Shown here piece by piece: positions 1 through 6,200 of a DNA stretch of 42,615 bases (positions are counted from its first letter, which is position 1; every line of letters starts with the position of its first letter). Below the pieces are notes generated by a model. It had not been told where the DNA came from, did no database searches, and saw only the letters and a list, made by a program, of their open reading frames with translations. A program made the translations under genes and the position numbers. Source of the stretch: Planctomycetaceae bacterium (GTDB lineage Bacteria > Planctomycetota > Planctomycetia > Pirellulales > UBA1268); contig JABHNP010000304.1 of assembly GCA_018694455.1 (NCBI GenBank), positions 1 to 42,615 on the forward strand, written 5' to 3'.

Positions 1-38
1 CAGGTCGTTGGCGACTACGAATAATTCTTGGCGAGATC

Positions 39-89
39 AGGCTTGCCGATTGGTCGTTGTCAGGCTGTTCGGCAAGCCTTTCTTTTTTT
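39..89 (+). terminator. Rho-independent terminator-like hairpin plus T-tract
   Basis: Perfect 11-bp inverted repeat AGGCTTGCCGA (39-49) / TCGGCAAGCCT (69-79) with a 19-nt loop, followed directly by TTCTTTTTTT (80-89). It lies 15 nt after an in-frame TAA (22-24) that closes an ORF entering from the left edge. Confidence 0.6.
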
Positions 90-135
90 CGGCTTGGCGA
101 ACATTATCCATACATCATTGAAATAGAGAGACAGA

Positions 136-564
136 ATGAGATTATTAATGGCAGTCGTAGTGTGTACTTCAATTACTGTGCTTGCGGGCTGCAGCCGTGA
201 AGTCCGGTCAACCGTAACGGGCAAAGTAGACTATGACGGACAAACGCTGAATTCCGGATACATCACGTTTCAGGTGAACTATCTGGTGACGAAAGGTGCT
301 GAGATTGCGAGTGACGGGAGTTACGTGGTAGATGGCCTTCCCTTCGGTTCTGCTGCTGTGTCCATCTATGTTGATGAGCCACCACCACCAACACCTGAAG
401 GCATAACACCAACAGCGATTACGGGGACCTACGAGGAAAACCCAGTGCTGATTCCAAGGAAATATGATTCACTGGAAACGTCTGGGATTACTGTAGAAGT
501 TGCGATGCCAGAACAGACATTTGATATTCACCTTGCCAAGCCAGAGAAGAGCAGGCGGAAGTAG
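136..564 (+). CDS. Small lipoprotein, carboxypeptidase-regulatory-like (transthyretin-fold) type
   Basis: ATG ORF of 142 aa. The N-terminus MRLLMAVVVCTSITVLAGC carries a lipobox (L-A-G-C). The mature part (VTGKVDYDGQTLNSGYITF...DGSYVVDGLPFG) resembles the small lipoproteins that typically follow DUF1559 genes in Planctomycetota. A PPPPTP linker is present. Confidence 0.8.
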   Translation: MRLLMAVVVCTSITVLAGCSREVRSTVTGKVDYDGQTLNSGYITFQVNYLVTKGAEIASDGSYVVDGLPFGSAAVSIYVDEPPPPTPEGITPTAITGTYEENPVLIPRKYDSLETSGITVEVAMPEQTFDIHLAKPEKSRRK

Positions 565-605
565 TCGACGTTATCGTTAAATATTTCAGTGAGTAATGTG
601 TTTGT

Positions 606-1631
606 ATGCCAGCGTCTCTGTTCGCCGTTCGTTGCACTGGAAGAGATGTTCAATTCTTTTTCGTGCTCATGCTTTTTCTTTCAGCAGTTCGCTGCTATGC
701 GCACGATCATGCATCGGCTCATGGTCTTGTCGGGTTGCGTCCAATTCCTGCTGATTTGGCTGGTACTCGACACAATCATGGTGGGTCGTGGGAAGGTCTG
801 CCTACCTTTGACGCACAGAAAGGGAACTACCCTTTTGTTGCCAAACACATTGATGTTCTTTTTGGCGATGTGCCGAACGGCGACTTTCAGACTAAGAAGG
901 TTTTCTTTGAGTACTACTGGGGGCTGACTTCAGAACGCGATACTCTTGATCCAGAAAAAAATCTTTTAATCCGCACCATTCGGAAGTGGGAACAAAAAGG
1001 TGACGACGTTCTCCATATCCTGATTTGTCGAGAAGCGAGGCTTGCTGTCGACCGTGGCTATCCGCAGGCAAAACTCGGCCCTTTCAATGAGGATGGTAGG
1101 ATCCTATCAGCTGTAGATGTAAGAGATATTCGTCAACTTTTTCGAGACGCGTACCGAAGGAAGTTCATTCGGTACGACAACTACGAACTCATTATGATGG
1201 TCGAAGATCCAGTATTCTTTGCAACGAATAAAGATGCTCAGGATGTTATTCGCTTGTGCGAAGGTGTTGCCTATGAGGCCCATCAATTTAATCGGCACTG
1301 GCCACTCGAGGGCGGCTGGTCAAACCCCGATCGGGTTGCGAAGGGTGCACAATGGACTCTTGAGCAAGGGCTTGAATATATTTTTTATTATGGGCCGGTC
1401 ATCTGGGAGCCGTCGGAGCACTACCGTCCGTTTATTGAGCGAGAATGGCTTAAAACCTATTGGCAGCGGGGGCTTCCAAAACAGCATCCAAAGATGCACT
1501 ATTATTTAAATACGTTTCCCCACCATACGGGACGTGGTCGCCCAGTGGGGCCAGAGAACGACCCGCATTCAATTCTTGGTTTTGCAAAGTGGCTTATCCA
1601 AGAAGTGAAGGATTCGGCTCAATCAAAGTGA
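606..1631 (+). CDS. Hypothetical exported protein (no family recognised)
   Basis: 341-aa ORF with a hydrophobic N-terminus (FFFVLMLFLSAVRCYA) and no competing ORF of similar length. I recognise no catalytic motif. The start is uncertain, and an internal Met in the signal region is possible. Confidence 0.65.
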   Translation: MPASLFAVRCTGRDVQFFFVLMLFLSAVRCYAHDHASAHGLVGLRPIPADLAGTRHNHGGSWEGLPTFDAQKGNYPFVAKHIDVLFGDVPNGDFQTKKVFFEYYWGLTSERDTLDPEKNLLIRTIRKWEQKGDDVLHILICREARLAVDRGYPQAKLGPFNEDGRILSAVDVRDIRQLFRDAYRRKFIRYDNYELIMMVEDPVFFATNKDAQDVIRLCEGVAYEAHQFNRHWPLEGGWSNPDRVAKGAQWTLEQGLEYIFYYGPVIWEPSEHYRPFIEREWLKTYWQRGLPKQHPKMHYYLNTFPHHTGRGRPVGPENDPHSILGFAKWLIQEVKDSAQSK

Positions 1632-1669
1632 TTTCTCAGTAGCATTGTGATCACATAGACTCTGTTTTT

Positions 1670-2269
1670 ATGAAAGCATTGCTTCCCGTTGCTACCGGTA
1701 ATGAAGAAATAGAATTCTGTGCACTAGTCGACGTCCTGCGTCGAGCAGATGTTGATGTCACTGTGGTCAGTGTTGAATCGCTCGACACAGTGGTGTTGCA
1801 AAAAGGGCTCCGAATTGTGCCAGATGCGAACCTCGAGCAGGTCTCTGACGAGACGTGGGACGCGATTGTGATGGCAGGCGGTGTGCCTGGCGCGATGAAT
1901 CTGGCTGCATCAGAGTTGCTGAAGGCGGTCATTCAGCGACATCATGCCGACGGAGGTCTTCTTGGTGCAATCTGCCTTTCTCCTGCGTTGGTATTGAAGC
2001 CAGCTGGCGTTCTTGAGCACGTCAAGAAGGTGACGGGAAATCCACTGGTAATCAAAACCCCAGATCAGGTGTGGCCGGCCGATGCTTTTACAAAGTTGCT
2101 CGGCGACGTATTTGATCCGAAGCTCCGGGTCTGTGTGGATCGAGAGAGTAATATCGTGACATCACAGACGCCAGGAACAGCTATTGAATATGCATTGGCA
2201 ATAGTTGAACTGCTTCGAGGTAAAAGGGTGGCGAGTGAAATATCTGACTATTTTCTTGTGAAGACGTAA
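1670..2269 (+). CDS. DJ-1/PfpI family protein
   Basis: 199 aa. MKALLPVATGNEEIEF...VTVVS matches the N-terminus of the DJ-1/ThiJ fold. The nucleophile-elbow motif GAICLSPALVL matches the conserved Cys position of DJ-1 (AIC-x-x-P). Confidence 0.85.
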   Translation: MKALLPVATGNEEIEFCALVDVLRRADVDVTVVSVESLDTVVLQKGLRIVPDANLEQVSDETWDAIVMAGGVPGAMNLAASELLKAVIQRHHADGGLLGAICLSPALVLKPAGVLEHVKKVTGNPLVIKTPDQVWPADAFTKLLGDVFDPKLRVCVDRESNIVTSQTPGTAIEYALAIVELLRGKRVASEISDYFLVKT

Positions 2270-2344
2270 TGCCCACATTGTGAGACAATAGTTAGAGAGA
2301 GCACAGTTAGAAGTATCTGGTTTCAGAATCGTAGGGGAGCAAAA

Positions 2345-3901
2345 ATGACCTGTTCAAATCGGTGTTATGTGCTGATTTTTTTGTTGGCTTGTTTGAGTGC
2401 CAATGAAATCAACGCAGCTGAACGCCCAAATATTCTTTTCATTTTTAGTGATGACCAAAATTTCAACACGCTGTCATGTTATCCCGAGTCACCGGATTGG
2501 GTACAGACACCCAACATTGATGCACTCGCGAAGCACGGAGTGCGCTTTGAACGAACCTATCTGGGCGCATGGTGCATGCCGTCACGTGCAAGCTTTCTGA
2601 CGGGGAGGCTGCAGCACGGGGTGCAATCAATGCGGATGGAAGGGAAATATCCTGGAAGTACGTATGATCCAACACAGTGTCGGTTCTGGCCTTCTGTTTT
2701 TCGAGCCAGTGGATATCACACAGCACACATTGGGAAGTGGCACACAGGTGTTGATACAGGTAATGAACGAGACTGGGATCACCAGATTGTCTGGAATCGA
2801 CCGGCTCATCCTGAGAACGCGGGGCATTACTTTTATGACCAGATCGTGACGTTCAACGGAGAAGATCGTCGGGTTGAGGGCTATTCGACAGATAACTATA
2901 CCGACTGGGCTGTTGACTACATCAAGGGCCAGCAGCGCGACACTGAAAAGCCGTGGTACTTATGGCTCTGCTACGGAGCAATTCATGGTCCAACCACACC
3001 GGCGAAACGTCACGAAGGTAATTTGAATGGAGAAAAAGTCGATGTCCCGGTGGACATCTTCGGCCCCTGGCCTGATAAGCCACAGTACCTTGAAAAAACA
3101 CGTTCCTGGCAGGAGGGGCCTGACGGGAAGCCATACCGGCGAAAGAAAAAGTTGAAAGCAAGTAACTTCAATACAAATACAGCAGGACAGAATTACCAAG
3201 ACTGGGTTGAGCAGTACAACGAATGTGTCATGGCGATTGATGAAGGAGTCGGTCGTTTAATAGCTACACTTCGTCAGACGGGGCAGCTTGAAAATACGCT
3301 TATCGTGTACGCGGCTGACCAAGGTTTTGCCTTAGGTCAGCATGGGCTGAATAGCAAAGTCGCGCCCTATGACGCTGCAGTGGCCTCTCCGCTGATCATC
3401 TCACATCCCGCAACGCTGCCGCAGGGGCAGGTGTGTTCGCATCCTGTGAACGCCCCAGATATTGTTCGGTTTTTCTGTTCAACGGCTGGTGTCGAAATTC
3501 CGTGGCGAACTGATGGCCGTGATATTCGTCCGCTACTTCAAAGTCCAGAGTCGGCTCAGTGGACTCAACCGATGATCATGACGCATACAGGGCGAAAGTA
3601 TGGGGCCGACACTGATTCACAGCCGGATAAGGCGGACCTCTATCAGGTGGGAAATATTCCTTGGTATGTCATGCTACGTGATGGCAAGTACAAGTACGTG
3701 CGATATCTCGTCGAGGGAGAAGTTGAAGAGATTTATGATCTTGACGCTGATCCGGAAGAATTAACAAATCTTGCAACGAGAAAAGATGCTCAAAAACTGC
3801 TGGGAACGTTTCGGCAAAAAGCAATTGATGAGCTGCGTCGAACACACGCTGGATTTGTCGATACCATGCCGAAAACAGCAGCAATGAAGAGGGGTGGTTG
3901 A
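2345..3901 (+). CDS. Cys-type sulfatase (family S1)
   Basis: Signal peptide, then RPNILFIFSDDQN (metal-binding DD) and the formylglycine motif C-M-P-S-R in GAWCMPSRASFLTGR. GGGGAG lies upstream of the ATG. Confidence 0.93.
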   Translation: MTCSNRCYVLIFLLACLSANEINAAERPNILFIFSDDQNFNTLSCYPESPDWVQTPNIDALAKHGVRFERTYLGAWCMPSRASFLTGRLQHGVQSMRMEGKYPGSTYDPTQCRFWPSVFRASGYHTAHIGKWHTGVDTGNERDWDHQIVWNRPAHPENAGHYFYDQIVTFNGEDRRVEGYSTDNYTDWAVDYIKGQQRDTEKPWYLWLCYGAIHGPTTPAKRHEGNLNGEKVDVPVDIFGPWPDKPQYLEKTRSWQEGPDGKPYRRKKKLKASNFNTNTAGQNYQDWVEQYNECVMAIDEGVGRLIATLRQTGQLENTLIVYAADQGFALGQHGLNSKVAPYDAAVASPLIISHPATLPQGQVCSHPVNAPDIVRFFCSTAGVEIPWRTDGRDIRPLLQSPESAQWTQPMIMTHTGRKYGADTDSQPDKADLYQVGNIPWYVMLRDGKYKYVRYLVEGEVEEIYDLDADPEELTNLATRKDAQKLLGTFRQKAIDELRRTHAGFVDTMPKTAAMKRGG

Positions 3902-3904
3902 GAC

Positions 3905-5104
3905 ATGAAAAAAATGCTGAGTAGTTGTGTGCGAAACAAACGAAACTGCAAGGTCAGAATTCTTCATCACTCTATTGGTTCAGTGGTTCTCTTTGTGTGG
4001 GGTGTCGTTGCACTTTCTCTCGGACTGCATGCGGCTGCTAATGAAGGTGTTCATCCGTTTGACGTGTACGCAGTCGACGGTGCAGGTGAGCAACTGCTAC
4101 ATATAGCGGTGCGACCAAACCGTAATCAGATTCAGGTTACGCAGGAGGGCGTCGTAGCCATGCCAGGAAAGCCTCACGGCATTGCTAAGCATCCTACGCA
4201 GTCAGTTTTTATTGCGACGCTTCCGGGGCAGGGGACAGAAAGTCCTCGTGCTGTGACTCTTAGGATTGGTGATGACGGCACACTTTCAATTGTTGGGGTG
4301 TCAGACCTGCAAGACTCAACTGGCTATACAAGTTTTGATCGCACTGGTGGATATTTTCTGACGTCGTCTTATCACGACGGGCATTTTGATGTGTATCAGG
4401 TGAAGCCTGATGGTGTGGTTGGTGAGCGGGTGAGTCATCAACAGGTGGCGGAGAAGTATGCCCACAGTGTACTGACAACCTCTGACAACAGATTTCTGTA
4501 CGTGCCATGTGTCAAAGAATTTAATGCAATTTTCCAGTACTCATTCGATGGACAAACGGGCAATGTCCTGCCGCTTGAACCTTTTGATGCAAAGCCCCCA
4601 CACATGTTTGGACCGCGGCATATCGCTTACCATCCAGACCGGCCATATGTGTATTTCAGTAATGAGCAACAACTTGGGGTCAGCGCGTATCGCATTGAAG
4701 AAGACGGTCAGCTTGCGGCTCTTCAGCATGCCACAACGATTCCCCGCCGATCGCCCTATACGGCCGGTGTGCGTGACATGCATGCGTCCGATGTTGCTGT
4801 GACAGGAGATGGGAAATTTCTGTTTCTTGCATTGCGAGACTTTGTCGGCGATGAAGACAGTGTTTTTATGTTTAGGGTTGTAGAGGATGGTCGCCTTAGC
4901 CTTGTATCGAGAAAGCGAGTTGGGGATATTCCCTGGTGTTTACGTGTTTCACCCAGTGACTCACATCTTCTTGTCAGTGAGTCACGCGATAAAACACTCG
5001 CAGTCTTTCCAATTCACCCAGATGGTTCACTTGGCGACGCAGTTCGAATGGACTGGGGAACTGAGGTTCGTAATATGGTGGTACATCCGCTATCTGCCAA
5101 ATAA
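3905..5104 (+). CDS. Lactonase-type 7-bladed beta-propeller protein, exported
   Basis: 399 aa, starting 3 nt after the sulfatase stop. N-terminal TM/signal segment. Repeated blade-like segments (GPRHIAYHPDRPYVYFSNEQQLGVSAYRIEEDGQL; ASDVAVTGDGKFLFLALRD; PWCLRVSPSDSHLLVSESRDKTLAVFPIHPDGSL) are typical of the 6-phosphogluconolactonase/YbhE-like lactonase family. Confidence 0.75.
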   Translation: MKKMLSSCVRNKRNCKVRILHHSIGSVVLFVWGVVALSLGLHAAANEGVHPFDVYAVDGAGEQLLHIAVRPNRNQIQVTQEGVVAMPGKPHGIAKHPTQSVFIATLPGQGTESPRAVTLRIGDDGTLSIVGVSDLQDSTGYTSFDRTGGYFLTSSYHDGHFDVYQVKPDGVVGERVSHQQVAEKYAHSVLTTSDNRFLYVPCVKEFNAIFQYSFDGQTGNVLPLEPFDAKPPHMFGPRHIAYHPDRPYVYFSNEQQLGVSAYRIEEDGQLAALQHATTIPRRSPYTAGVRDMHASDVAVTGDGKFLFLALRDFVGDEDSVFMFRVVEDGRLSLVSRKRVGDIPWCLRVSPSDSHLLVSESRDKTLAVFPIHPDGSLGDAVRMDWGTEVRNMVVHPLSAK

Positions 5105-5124
5105 CATGTTGTGTGGAGATGTTC

Positions 5125-5886
5125 ATGAAACAAAGAAGACTGCGGGTCCTGTTTGTGCCTTCTGTTGTGGCTGGGGTTCTACTTCTGTCAGTTGGCGGCA
5201 GGTCTGTCTGCGTTGGTGAGGACAAAACAGCCGCAGCCGTGCCAGATGTGGTTCCTCAGGTGGCGGAACTCGCACAACTGCTCTTCGAAGCAGATTTTTC
5301 TGATGGAAATGTTCCAGAGCAGTGGGCTCCTTTACACGGCACACAGTGGTCTGTCGTTGATGGGTCGCTCGAAGGTCGGCCGTCAACAAAAGCATTTCAG
5401 GCAAAGCGGATCGCTGCAGGGAATGCCAGCCACAGTGGGAAGACACCAAGCAGTCGGCTATTGGTTCCGGTGGATGACTGTGTGTTGCTGTTTCGCTTTC
5501 AGCTCGTTGATGGTCTGTCTGGTGTCCATTTTGGATTTAATGACGGTTCTTTTAAAACCGGAACTGGCCATGTCTGTCGCTTCACAGTGTCATCTCGGAA
5601 AGGGCAGGCATTAGTCAAAGACAGGAACGTCACGCTTGAAGATGACGAAGACGAGACCCTGGTAAGTGACAGTTTTAATGTGAAGGCCAACACCTGGTAC
5701 TGGATGATGCTTGAGATTGTTGGTGATGAAATGGTGGCTCAGGTATCGGGTGGCCCCATTCTTCGTGCAAAGAATGCTCGCTTTGATATCGCAAAAGATC
5801 AAATCAACCTTCCGACACGTGGAGGTGGTGTTGTACGGTATGACGATGTGAGGGTGTGGCGTGCGAGGCGAAGAAATGGCTCTTAG
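5125..5886 (+). CDS. Concanavalin-A-like lectin/glucanase-fold protein (DUF1080 / 3-keto-disaccharide-hydrolase-like or LamG-like)
   Basis: The ORF track starts at GTG 5113. ATG 5125 has GGAG 6 nt upstream. Signal peptide present. WAPLHGTQWSVVDGSLEG near the N-terminus and INLPTRGGGVVRYDDVRVW at the C-terminus fit the DUF1080 jelly-roll pattern. The family call is inferential. Confidence 0.6.
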   Translation: MKQRRLRVLFVPSVVAGVLLLSVGGRSVCVGEDKTAAAVPDVVPQVAELAQLLFEADFSDGNVPEQWAPLHGTQWSVVDGSLEGRPSTKAFQAKRIAAGNASHSGKTPSSRLLVPVDDCVLLFRFQLVDGLSGVHFGFNDGSFKTGTGHVCRFTVSSRKGQALVKDRNVTLEDDEDETLVSDSFNVKANTWYWMMLEIVGDEMVAQVSGGPILRAKNARFDIAKDQINLPTRGGGVVRYDDVRVWRARRRNGS

Positions 5887-6200
5887 AGGAAAAAAGAACA
5901 TTCTTCTGAATCTCTTTCGTGTGAGCAGCCAGGCGAGATCTTTTTGCATCATGTATTCACAGGACATTGAGAGCCTGTCGTAATTCTTTGGCCTGCTTTT
6001 TGTTAGCAAAATTGCATGAATTCTTCCTGCATGAATCCTCGCCTTGGAGATGTACAAAGGGTAAGGTTTATAGATTGCTTCGTGCGTTAATGGTGAAAAT
6101 GCGTTGTTATAGAAAGACAGTAACCGTGAAAAGTTTTGGAGATCTTCTTTATTCATTCTGGAGGAAGCAGTCCTTAGCATGTCAGCAACGTAATTCGTGT

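Noticed and set aside
5967-6200. Long 5' extensions of track ORFs (for example 5967, 10640, 18181, 18412, 25738, 27460, and TTG/GTG starts at 20700, 31340, 37642, 41635)
   Set aside because: The extensions encode non-hydrophobic, arginine/cysteine-rich leaders ahead of an internal Met. That Met is followed directly by a good signal peptide, often with a Shine-Dalgarno-like sequence, so I chose the internal starts. Exact starts remain unverified.
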